Below the pieces are notes generated by a model. That model was not told the DNA's origin. It saw only the letters and a program-made list of their open reading frames with translations, and did no database searches. From sequence record CAXNAH020000419.1: 12,691 bases of DNA; one strand, 5' to 3'. Below are positions 1-9,630 of the stretch, piece after piece (positions within the stretch are counted from its first letter, which is position 1; each line of letters opens with the position of its first letter). Made by a program: the position numbers and the translations under genes.

Positions 1-2710
<2,710 letters not shown>

Positions 2711-2713
2711 TTT

Positions 2714-2787
2714 GGGCGTATAGCTCAGTTGGTTAGAGTGGTGGACTTTTAATCCGAGGGTCTTGGGTTCAACTCCCAATACGCCCA
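2714..2787 (+). tRNA. trnK: tRNA-Lys (anticodon UUU)
   Basis: Manual cloverleaf: acceptor gggcgta/tacgccc, anticodon loop cttttaa, T arm ttggg-ttcaact-cccaa, discriminator A. Confidence 0.9.
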
Positions 2788-2798
2788 ACGAAAAGATT

Positions 2799-2860
2799 AT
2801 ATTGTTAGATATAGTAGGGGGTACATTAAATAATGTACCCCCTACTATATCTAACAATAT
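2799..2860. repeat. Perfect inverted repeat (palindrome) with 30-bp arms and a 2-nt centre
   Basis: atattgttagatatagtagggggtacatta (2799-2828) + aa + taatgtaccccctactatatctaacaatat (2831-2860). The right arm is the exact reverse complement of the left arm. It lies in the spacer between trnK and trnA. Confidence 0.95.
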
Positions 2861-2862
2861 GC

Positions 2863-2888
2863 CCCTAATTACAAAGTAGGTAATAGGG
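2863..2888. repeat. Small imperfect hairpin (9 bp with a 1-nt bulge and a 7-nt loop) directly after the large palindrome
   Basis: ccctaattac (2863-2872) pairs with gtaataggg (2880-2888), with A2867 bulged. The loop is aaagtag. Confidence 0.6.
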
Positions 2889-2960
2889 TGAATAAAAGCA
2901 ATATTAAAACTATAAATTTTAAATAAATCTTTTTTAAATATCGATCTTATGTTAGATTAA

Positions 2961-3033
2961 GGGGATATAACTCAGTTGGTAGAGTGTGCGCTTTGCAAGC
3001 GCGAAGTCAAGAGTTCAAATCTCTTTATCTCCA
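2961..3033 (+). tRNA. trnA: tRNA-Ala (anticodon UGC)
   Basis: Acceptor ggggata/tatctcc contains the G3:U70 alanine identity pair. Anticodon loop tttgcaa, T arm aagag-ttcaaat-ctctt. Confidence 0.92.
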
Positions 3034-3054
3034 ATTTATGTTTATTAAGTATAA

Positions 3055-3127
3055 GAAAAAGTAACTCAGTTGGTAGAGTGCCGGTTTGTCATGTCGGTGG
3101 TCGCGGGTTCAAATCCCGTCTTTTTCG
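3055..3127 (+). tRNA. trnD: tRNA-Asp (anticodon GUC)
   Basis: Perfect acceptor gaaaaag/ctttttc, anticodon loop ttgtcat, T arm gcggg-ttcaaat-cccgt. Confidence 0.9.
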
Positions 3128-3334
3128 ATGAGATTAAATAACTATAATTATTTTATTACTCACAATCCTTTGTTTTGTACTATGTCTAAAATACACCTCA
3201 AGTACAATTAAATAATAAGTAACGTACAATTTGATTTGAATCTAGACCTTGTAATTAAGGATTCTTATGTTTAGTGATATTATGCGTGAATCGGTATCGG
3301 TAAGGCAGCTAATATAAGTTGACATTATTTAATC

Positions 3335-3692
<358 letters not shown>

Positions 3693-3744
3693 GATAAAAT
3701 TCTCCAGTGAAAAAAAATAATGTTTTAGAGAAATTTGTAAAATA

Positions 3745-3817
3745 GGCGGTGTAGTTCAGTGGTTAGAATGTTGGAATCATATCCCAAATGTCGGGGGTTC
3801 GACTCCCTTCTCCGCTA
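3745..3817 (+). tRNA. trnM: tRNA with anticodon CAU (Met initiator, Met elongator or Ile-lysidine type; not resolvable by eye)
   Basis: Acceptor ggcggtg/ctccgct (G1.U72, one U-U mismatch), anticodon stem ttgga/cccaa with loop atcatat, T arm ggggg-ttcgact-ccctt. Confidence 0.8.
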
Positions 3818-3825
3818 ATTATTTT

Positions 3826-3909
3826 GCGACTTTGGTGAAATTGGTAGACACGTCAGACTTAAAATCTGTTTCTATTTAAAGAGTATCGGTTCAAGTCCGA
3901 TAAGTCGCA
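3826..3909 (+). tRNA. trnL: tRNA-Leu (anticodon UAA), type II with a long variable arm
   Basis: Acceptor gcgactt/aagtcgc, anticodon loop cttaaaa, long variable arm, T arm atcgg-ttcaagt-ccgat. Length 84 nt. Confidence 0.9.
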
Positions 3910-3917
3910 GCTAGATT

Positions 3918-3992
3918 GGCGAGTGTAACTCAGTTGGTTAGAGTGTCAGGTTGTGGCTCTGGAAGACGGGGGTTCAACTCCCCTCGCCCGCC
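3918..3992 (+). tRNA. trnH: tRNA-His (anticodon GUG) with genome-encoded G-1
   Basis: Acceptor gcgagtg/cgcccgc (one A-C mismatch), preceded by G3918, which can pair with discriminator C3992. Anticodon loop ttgtggc, T arm ggggg-ttcaact-cccct. Confidence 0.88.
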
Positions 3993-3994
3993 CT

Positions 3995-4067
3995 GGCTAG
4001 ATAGTATAATGGTTTAATGCATTGGGTTGCAAACCCAAAAATGAGGGTTCAAATCCCTCTCAAGCCT
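3995..4067 (+). tRNA. trnC: tRNA-Cys (anticodon GCA)
   Basis: Acceptor ggctaga/tcaagcc (one mismatch), anticodon stem ttggg/cccaa with loop ttgcaaa, T arm gaggg-ttcaaat-ccctc. Confidence 0.88.
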
Positions 4068-4140
4068 TCTTCAATAGCTCAGTTGGTAGAGCATGTGGCT
4101 GTTAACCATAAAGTCGTTGGTTCAAGTCCGACTTGAAGAG
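4068..4140 (+). tRNA. trnN: tRNA-Asn (anticodon GUU)
   Basis: Perfect acceptor tcttcaa/ttgaaga, anticodon loop ctgttaa, T arm gttgg-ttcaagt-ccgac. It starts on the base right after the trnC discriminator. Confidence 0.9.
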
Positions 4141-4145
4141 AGATA

Positions 4146-4218
4146 GTTTGAGTAGCTCAGTTGGTAGAGTGAAGGACTGAAAATCCTTAGGTCGTCGGTT
4201 CAAGCCCGATCTCAAACA
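4146..4218 (+). tRNA. trnF: tRNA-Phe (anticodon GAA)
   Basis: Perfect acceptor gtttgag/ctcaaac, anticodon stem aagga/tcctt with loop ctgaaaa, T arm gtcgg-ttcaagc-ccgat. Confidence 0.92.
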
Positions 4219-4224
4219 AAAGAA

Positions 4225-4596
4225 ATGCTTGCAAAGATAATTAATAAATTACGCAATGGATATATGGTATATCATTTTGGAGTTTCTTTTAAAGAAGTTG
4301 GCTTTTGTACTAAGATTTTAGATATTCTTTGGAAAGAAAATTTAATACGTGGCTATAAAAAAACAGCTAAGGGTACTCTTATTATTTTTTTAAGGTACCA
4401 TGATGGTTCTCCAATATGTACTCGGTTAGTTATTCTTTCCAAGCCGTGCGATCGTCTTTATCTTTCGTTATTAGATCTTTCTCGGATATCGGATAATTTT
4501 GGTACATTAATAGTCTCAACAACTAAAGGTATCATGACATCAGAAAAAGCTATAAGCAAGGGAGAAGGCGGTGAAGTTTTAGCATACGTTGGATGA
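4225..4596 (+). CDS. rps8: Ribosomal protein S8, 123 aa
   Basis: The C-terminal ...TTKGIMTSEKAISKGEGGEVLAYVG matches the bacterial S8 C-terminus (GLGGEIICYVA type). Its position upstream of rpl6 follows the bacterial spc operon. It ends in TGA, forming ATGA with the rpl6 start. Confidence 0.9.
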   Translation: MLAKIINKLRNGYMVYHFGVSFKEVGFCTKILDILWKENLIRGYKKTAKGTLIIFLRYHDGSPICTRLVILSKPCDRLYLSLLDLSRISDNFGTLIVSTTKGIMTSEKAISKGEGGEVLAYVG

Positions 4597-5084
4597 CAAC
4601 TCCAGTATTTAGATTACCGATAGGAGTTAAGTGTTCAAGTAATAATGGTAAAGTTTATGTATCAGGCAATAAAGGAAGAGTTGTCTTTGACTCTGTTAGC
4701 AATCTTCATCGCAAGGGTGATATGGTCATTTTTTTACCCTACTTAACACCTTACTATAGTTCTATTTTTAGGCAAGCAGTTCAAGGTGTAGTTTTGGGCT
4801 ATACCATAGAATTAAGTCTTAAAGGTATTGGTTACCGGGTAAAAAAAGAAAAAGAAAAACTTATTTTTTCTTTAGGTTATAGTAAACCTGTTATATTAGA
4901 TATTCCTAAAGATATTTCAATTAGGTTTAATAAAAAAACTTTTTCTTTAATTTCTGCTAATTATGGTACATTACAAAATTTTGCAAGTAGTATAAGAAGT
5001 TACCGGTTCCCAGACTCTTATAAAGGAGCTGGAGTTCTTTATGCAGATGAAATAATAGTATGCAAAGAAGGTAAAAAAACTTAA
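4593..5084 (+). CDS. rpl6: Ribosomal protein L6, 163 aa
   Basis: The C-terminal ...YKGAGVLYADEIIVCKEGKKT matches the bacterial L6 YKGKGVRYADE...KEAKK. It follows rps8 as in the spc operon. Confidence 0.9.
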   Translation: MTTPVFRLPIGVKCSSNNGKVYVSGNKGRVVFDSVSNLHRKGDMVIFLPYLTPYYSSIFRQAVQGVVLGYTIELSLKGIGYRVKKEKEKLIFSLGYSKPVILDIPKDISIRFNKKTFSLISANYGTLQNFASSIRSYRFPDSYKGAGVLYADEIIVCKEGKKT

Positions 5085-5701
5085 TGTTCAATAAAAAGCA
5101 TTCGCGTCTTTTTTCTCTTTTTATTGGCTCTTCTGGTTATCTAGTTCCTTTTCCGCGGAATGAGTATTCTCAAATTTCAAAAACTTTGCACCCTTTTCTT
5201 TTAGGTAAACGAAATATTTATTATTTTTATGATCTTGAAAAAAGTTTATATGGTATTCGTGCAACGATAGAAGTCTTAAAAAATATAATATCTAGTGAGG
5301 GAAAAATTCTTTTTATTGGTAATGAAGTTTCAATGCAATCTCGTTTTGGGCAAGATTCTAATATAAATTTTCTAAAATGGAAAAGAGGTTCTATAACAAA
5401 GTCAAAAGATGCAGATTTAGTATTTTTAACAAGTGTAGAAAAAGAAAATTTAGTGGAGTCCCATAGAAAATGTTTATTACTTGTGGGTGTTGGAAGTTCT
5501 ACTATGAGTAGAATATCGTATCCTTTTAATTTAAATATTGAATCTTCTTTTTTATCTGATTGGTTTTTTGGTACTGTATATACAAGTTGTGTTCAAGGTA
5601 AACGAATGTCAAAAGGGTCTAAAAAAAAAAATCAAATTATAAGTCTTTTAGGTAAAGGTCCACGGGTAGGGTCTAAGAATTTTCATAAAGATGAGGCTTA
5701 A
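5084..5701 (+). CDS. rps2: Ribosomal protein S2, 205 aa (divergent and short)
   Basis: The motif LLGKRNIYYFYDLEKSLYGIRATIEVLKNIISSEGKILFIGNE resembles the S2 core (R.g.hIidl.kT...l..A......g..iLFVGTK). The start ATG shares one base with the rpl6 TAA (TAATG). Confidence 0.8.
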   Translation: MFNKKHSRLFSLFIGSSGYLVPFPRNEYSQISKTLHPFLLGKRNIYYFYDLEKSLYGIRATIEVLKNIISSEGKILFIGNEVSMQSRFGQDSNINFLKWKRGSITKSKDADLVFLTSVEKENLVESHRKCLLLVGVGSSTMSRISYPFNLNIESSFLSDWFFGTVYTSCVQGKRMSKGSKKKNQIISLLGKGPRVGSKNFHKDEA

Positions 5702-6488
5702 AAATAGATATAAATCTTGTTTATGGTCTAGAACAAATATCTGGGGAGATCTTTTATCAAAAGAAAAAACTTTTCTTCGTCCTAAATGGGATAGTATAAT
5801 AGCTATTTTACGAAGTCAAAAACGTCGCCATCGTCCTCTTATAAATATTAATAGATACCGTCATCCTATATGTCATGATTATAGATTCCTTAAGCCACGT
5901 ACAAGACCAAATCAAGTTTTTAAGTATAATCGTATAGGTTATCGCAACACTTTATCGCTATTGTTATGTCTTAAACGTTTTTATGGTGACTTAGGTCATA
6001 AAGCTTTTAAAGGCTTTTGTCGGTCTGGCTTCAAATCAAAAGATTCTTCTTTAAAATTATTAAGTTCCCTTGAAGGCCGTTTAGATATGTGTTTGTATCG
6101 ATTAGGTTTTTTTCATTCAATTTATTATAGCCGTCAAGCTATTCTGCACAATAAAGTTTTAGTCAATGGAAAAAAAATAGGACATGGGGGTTTTGTATTA
6201 CAAAAGGGAGATTTTGTAGAATTTTGTCCAACGCAGCGAGCTGCTATTAGAGCTCGACTTGTAGCTCGTTATAAACGTTTTAGATCCGCTCATGTACGTT
6301 TAGAGCGGTGGCGTTTATCTCATCGCTATAAATTAGAGCTTCATCTTCATCCTACTCCGAAATGGATTCAAACAGATTATTCTAATTTAAGTTTTATATT
6401 CTCTTCTGATGCGTGTGCTTTTGCTTTATTTCCTTTTAGAGCTAACATAGATGAAGCACTTTGGGTATCTAAATATGGGTATTTATAA
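5691..6488 (+). CDS. rps4: Ribosomal protein S4, 265 aa
   Basis: S4 RNA-binding domain LEGRLDMCLYRLGFFHSIYYSRQAILHNKVLVNGKKIGHGGFVLQKGDFVEF. It overlaps the rps2 3' end by 11 nt. Confidence 0.88.
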   Translation: MRLKNRYKSCLWSRTNIWGDLLSKEKTFLRPKWDSIIAILRSQKRRHRPLININRYRHPICHDYRFLKPRTRPNQVFKYNRIGYRNTLSLLLCLKRFYGDLGHKAFKGFCRSGFKSKDSSLKLLSSLEGRLDMCLYRLGFFHSIYYSRQAILHNKVLVNGKKIGHGGFVLQKGDFVEFCPTQRAAIRARLVARYKRFRSAHVRLERWRLSHRYKLELHLHPTPKWIQTDYSNLSFIFSSDACAFALFPFRANIDEALWVSKYGYL

Positions 6489-6520
6489 TGTAGTGTGTTA
6501 TTTTAAATTTTAAAACTAGT

Positions 6521-7501
6521 ATGTGGCTAACTTTTCTAACTATTCTTTTAAATATTATTGACCTTGTGATTCCTCTTTTAATTGCTGTTGCCTATTTTAC
6601 TTTAGCGGAACGTAAAATTATGGCAGGTATCCAAAGACGAAGAGGTCCTAATGTTATTGGTTATATGGGTTTACTTCAGCCTTTAGCTGATGGTCTTAAA
6701 CTTTTTGTAAAAGAAACTGTTTTGCCTACAAATGCAAATATTGTTCTCTTTGTACTTGCTCCTCTTTGTACTTTTATTTTAAGCCTGATTAGTTGGGCAG
6801 TTATTCCTTTTAGCTTTGGTAATGTTATTGCTGATACTCAGCTGGGAGGTTTATATTTTTTAGCAGTATCTTCTCTAGGTGTTTACGGTGTTTTAATCTC
6901 AGGTTGGTCTAGTAATTCTAAATATGCGTTTTTAGGGGCTTTACGATCTGCTGCTCAAATGGTTTCTTATGAGATTTCAATGGGTATTAGTTTAATTAAT
7001 GTTTGTTTGTGTGTAGGTACTCTAAATTTAACTGAAATAGTTATTGCTCAACTAGATATTTGGCTTGTGTTTCCTCTTTTACCAGTAAGCATAATGTTTT
7101 TTATAGGTTGTTTAGCAGAGACAAATCGTCATCCTTTTGATTTGCCAGAGGCTGAAGCTGAATTAGTCTCAGGTTATAATGTTGAGTATTCAGCAATGGG
7201 TTTTGCTTTATTTTTTTTAGGGGAATATGCTAATATGTTAGTTATGGGGGCTTTAACATCTATTTGTTTTTTGGGTGGGTGGTTGTCCCCTTTCGGTATT
7301 GGTATCTTACCAGATGGAATTTGGTTTGGTTTAAAAATCTCTTTTTTTGTCATTCTATTTATTGTAATGCGTGCGATTTTGCCTCGTTATCGTTATGATC
7401 AACTAATGAAGTTAGGTTGGAAGTGTTTTTTACCGCTAGCCTTAGCTTTATTCTTTATTTCTCAAGGTATTCTTATGGGATTTGATTGGTTGCCTAACTA
7501 G
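6521..7501 (+). CDS. nad1: NADH dehydrogenase subunit 1, 326 aa
   Basis: Strongly conserved ND1/NuoH motifs: [91 protein letters not shown]. Confidence 0.97.
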   Translation: MWLTFLTILLNIIDLVIPLLIAVAYFTLAERKIMAGIQRRRGPNVIGYMGLLQPLADGLKLFVKETVLPTNANIVLFVLAPLCTFILSLISWAVIPFSFGNVIADTQLGGLYFLAVSSLGVYGVLISGWSSNSKYAFLGALRSAAQMVSYEISMGISLINVCLCVGTLNLTEIVIAQLDIWLVFPLLPVSIMFFIGCLAETNRHPFDLPEAEAELVSGYNVEYSAMGFALFFLGEYANMLVMGALTSICFLGGWLSPFGIGILPDGIWFGLKISFFVILFIVMRAILPRYRYDQLMKLGWKCFLPLALALFFISQGILMGFDWLPN

Positions 7502-8212
7502 TAGTCGTTTTTTATATTTTTTGTAAAAAGTCCATAATATTATTTGAACCTCAAAAAAAAAAATTAAAGGGGCTCCTACAAGTATCTGGCTTATTATATC
7601 AGGAGGGGTTATAAATGCAGCAATGAGAAAAGCTATTATATAAGCTATACCTCGATGTTTTACCCACAATTGTTTATTTGTATATTTTTGAAATAAGTTT
7701 AAAGTAAGTAAACAAGGAAAACTAAAAATTAATATTTTGTTTAATTGTTGTATATGATCTAAATAATTATTTAATCTGGGTTCAAATGTTAAATTTATTG
7801 GGGTGAAATTTTGTGAGTAGGTTAAAAAGAGTTCCCATGATATTTTAATCAGTGCAGGAAAAACTAATATATATATATAGGTGTAAAAGCAAAAAGCACT
7901 TATGATAAGTTTAAAAAAAGTGCTTGACTCATATGTGTACATGCCAGGTCGTAGAAATACGTAACTTTGGGAGGCAATTAAAAAAATACCGAAGCTTATA
8001 GTTAAAATAATACAAAGTTGTATATAAGTAAAAAAAATTTCAGTAAGCCCTGCGCTTATAAAATGAGATAAACCTTTAGGTAATAATAAAAAAATTAAGC
8101 CTTGTTTATACGTGTATGTTGTAAAAAAAATTAATGTTGTACCAAAAGCTGCATAAGCTAAACGATAATTAAGTTCTTGTATATAGTATATAGATAATTG
8201 AAGTTTTTTCAT
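7448..8212 (-). CDS. tatC: Sec-independent (twin-arginine) translocase subunit TatC, 254 aa
   Basis: Polytopic membrane protein with TatC-like motifs: N-terminal YIQELNYRL (compare HLxELRxRL), LRPGMYTYE (PGLYxxE), and [21 protein letters not shown] (TPPDxxSQ...P...LYE). The last 54 nt overlap the 3' end of nad1 on the opposite strand. Confidence 0.88.
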   Translation of the reverse strand: MKKLQLSIYYIQELNYRLAYAAFGTTLIFFTTYTYKQGLIFLLLPKGLSHFISAGLTEIFFTYIQLCIILTISFGIFLIASQSYVFLRPGMYTYESSTFFKLIISAFCFYTYIYILVFPALIKISWELFLTYSQNFTPINLTFEPRLNNYLDHIQQLNKILIFSFPCLLTLNLFQKYTNKQLWVKHRGIAYIIAFLIAAFITPPDIISQILVGAPLIFFFEVQIILWTFYKKYKKRLLVRQPIKSHKNTLRNKE

Positions 8213-8232
8213 TAATTAAAAAGATGAGCTTA

Positions 8233-8305
8233 GGGAAGATAGTTCAATTGGTAGAACTTTGGTCTCCAAAGCCAAAGGTTGGGGGTTCGAGTCCCTCTCT
8301 TTCTG
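8233..8305 (+). tRNA. trnW: tRNA-Trp (anticodon CCA)
   Basis: Acceptor gggaaga/tctttct (two G.U pairs), anticodon stem ttggt/gccaa with loop ctccaaa, T arm ggggg-ttcgagt-ccctc. Confidence 0.88.
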
Positions 8306-8343
8306 TAGGTTAAAAAAGATTTAAATTTTTAAAATTAGTCATC

Positions 8344-8472
8344 ATGCGAGTAAGTTTTTTGCAATTCCTATTTTTAATTTTTTTAGGTCTTATTTTTTTT
8401 GCTGATTTCCCACGGCTCGTTAAAACAACTAAACAAAAGATTAAGGCTTATAAAATAAAAGGGTATAAATAA
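8344..8472 (+). CDS. Small 42-aa ORF, candidate TatA-like translocase subunit (hypothetical)
   Basis: I translated this by hand, because it is below the ORF-track size cutoff: MRVSFLQFLFLIFLGLIFFADFPRLVKTTKQKIKAYKIKGYK*. The ATG at 8344 is the first ATG after the in-frame TAA at 8311-8313, and the stop is TAA at 8470-8472. It has one short hydrophobic helix, an F..FP hinge and a Lys-rich amphipathic tail. It fills most of the trnW/trnM spacer, 131 nt from the tatC start. Confidence 0.5.
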   Translation: MRVSFLQFLFLIFLGLIFFADFPRLVKTTKQKIKAYKIKGYK

Positions 8473-8483
8473 TTATTATTTAA

Positions 8484-8556
8484 CGGTTTGTAGTTTAATT
8501 GGTAAAACATAGTTCTCATGAAGCTACCAATGTAGGTTCAAGTCCTGCCGAACCGA
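8484..8556 (+). tRNA. trnM: Second tRNA with anticodon CAU (Met or Ile-lysidine type, unresolved)
   Basis: Acceptor cggtttg/cgaaccg, anticodon stem tagtt/agcta with loop ctcatga (G at position 37), T arm gtagg-ttcaagt-cctgc. Confidence 0.8.
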
Positions 8557-8567
8557 TTATAAAAAAG

Positions 8568-8639
8568 TGGAGTCTAGCCAAGTTGGTAAGGCGCCCGTTT
8601 TTGGTACGGGGATCGGAGGTTCGAGTCCTCCGACTCCAG
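8568..8639 (+). tRNA. trnQ: tRNA-Gln (anticodon UUG)
   Basis: Perfect acceptor tggagtc/gactcca, anticodon stem cccgt/acggg with loop ttttggt, T arm ggagg-ttcgagt-cctcc. Confidence 0.88.
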
Positions 8640-8641
8640 AG

Positions 8642-8723
8642 GCCAAGGTGGTGGAATTGGTATACACGCTGGGTTTAGGTTCCAGTCCTTAATAGGATAG
8701 GGGTTCAACTCCCCTTCTTGGTA
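8642..8723 (+). tRNA. trnL: tRNA-Leu (anticodon UAG), type II
   Basis: Acceptor gccaagg/tcttggt, anticodon stem ctggg/tccag with loop tttaggt, long variable arm, T arm agggg-ttcaact-cccct. Confidence 0.88.
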
Positions 8724-9110
8724 ATGTCAAAGCCAAATATTAATCAATGGTTTAAAAAAAGTAAAGGTAAAAAGGCAACAAAAGCAAAAAGTGTAGGCCT
8801 CCGAGGTTGTCCTCAAAAAAGAGGAGTCTGCCTAAAAGTATTTGTTTGTTCTCCTAAAAAACCTAATTCAGCTCGTCGTAAAGTTGTTAAGATACGTCTA
8901 TCAAATAAAGTAAGATTAACTGCTTATATTCCTGGTCAAGTTCATAGGTTGCAAGAACATTCTCAAGTTTTAGTTCGAGGTGGTCGTGTGCCTGATTTGC
9001 CAGGTGTTAAATATCGCTTAATTCGTAATAAATTAGACTTAGAAGGTTTGCCTGGACGTAAAACTTCTCGCTCCAAGTATGGGACAAAAAAACTTGATAA
9101 AGGATGTTAG
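8724..9110 (+). CDS. rps12: Ribosomal protein S12, 128 aa
   Basis: [33 protein letters not shown]...[27 protein letters not shown] is near-identical in pattern to bacterial S12. The track start at TTG 8718 lies inside trnL. The ATG at 8724 follows the tRNA discriminator directly. Confidence 0.96.
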   Translation: MSKPNINQWFKKSKGKKATKAKSVGLRGCPQKRGVCLKVFVCSPKKPNSARRKVVKIRLSNKVRLTAYIPGQVHRLQEHSQVLVRGGRVPDLPGVKYRLIRNKLDLEGLPGRKTSRSKYGTKKLDKGC

Positions 9111-9607
9111 CTAAAGAAGATAAAAATAATTTTGTGTATCTTAATAGAATTAAAAGTGATCCTCTTGTAACAAAAATGATTAATCTTTTAATGCGACATG
9201 GTAAAAGATCTAAGGCTGAAAAAATTTTATTTAAAGCTCTTCAGGTCTTGGACAAGGTATACCCTGGCCAAGCGACTCATATATTTTATTTAGGAATTAT
9301 TGCGGTTAAGCAAGATATTGCGGTACGCATAAAACCAAAACCAAAAAAGCGCCGCAATAAGCAATCGTTTAACGTTTATTTGCCGCGGGTCGTCTCACCT
9401 ACCTGTGGTTTAAATTTAGGAATGAGATCTATTTTAAAAACAAGTCGAGAGCGGTCTCAGCTTTCTCTTTCACCACTTTGGGAAAGCTTAAGTCAAGAAC
9501 TACTTCAAGCATCTCAGAGTAAGGGAAAGGTTGTAGCAAAAAGATATAAGGTTAATAAATTAGCAATATCTAATAAAAGAAAGGTTCATTTTGCTATTCG
9601 TCATTAA
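9104..9607 (+). CDS. rps7: Ribosomal protein S7, 167 aa
   Basis: [28 protein letters not shown] matches the S7 N-terminal motif (d.lv.k.in.lm..GKKs.Ae.i...A). It follows rps12 as in the bacterial str operon, with a 7-nt overlap. Confidence 0.88.
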   Translation: MLAKEDKNNFVYLNRIKSDPLVTKMINLLMRHGKRSKAEKILFKALQVLDKVYPGQATHIFYLGIIAVKQDIAVRIKPKPKKRRNKQSFNVYLPRVVSPTCGLNLGMRSILKTSRERSQLSLSPLWESLSQELLQASQSKGKVVAKRYKVNKLAISNKRKVHFAIRH

Positions 9608-9630
9608 ATTTACAACATTTAAAACTAAAT

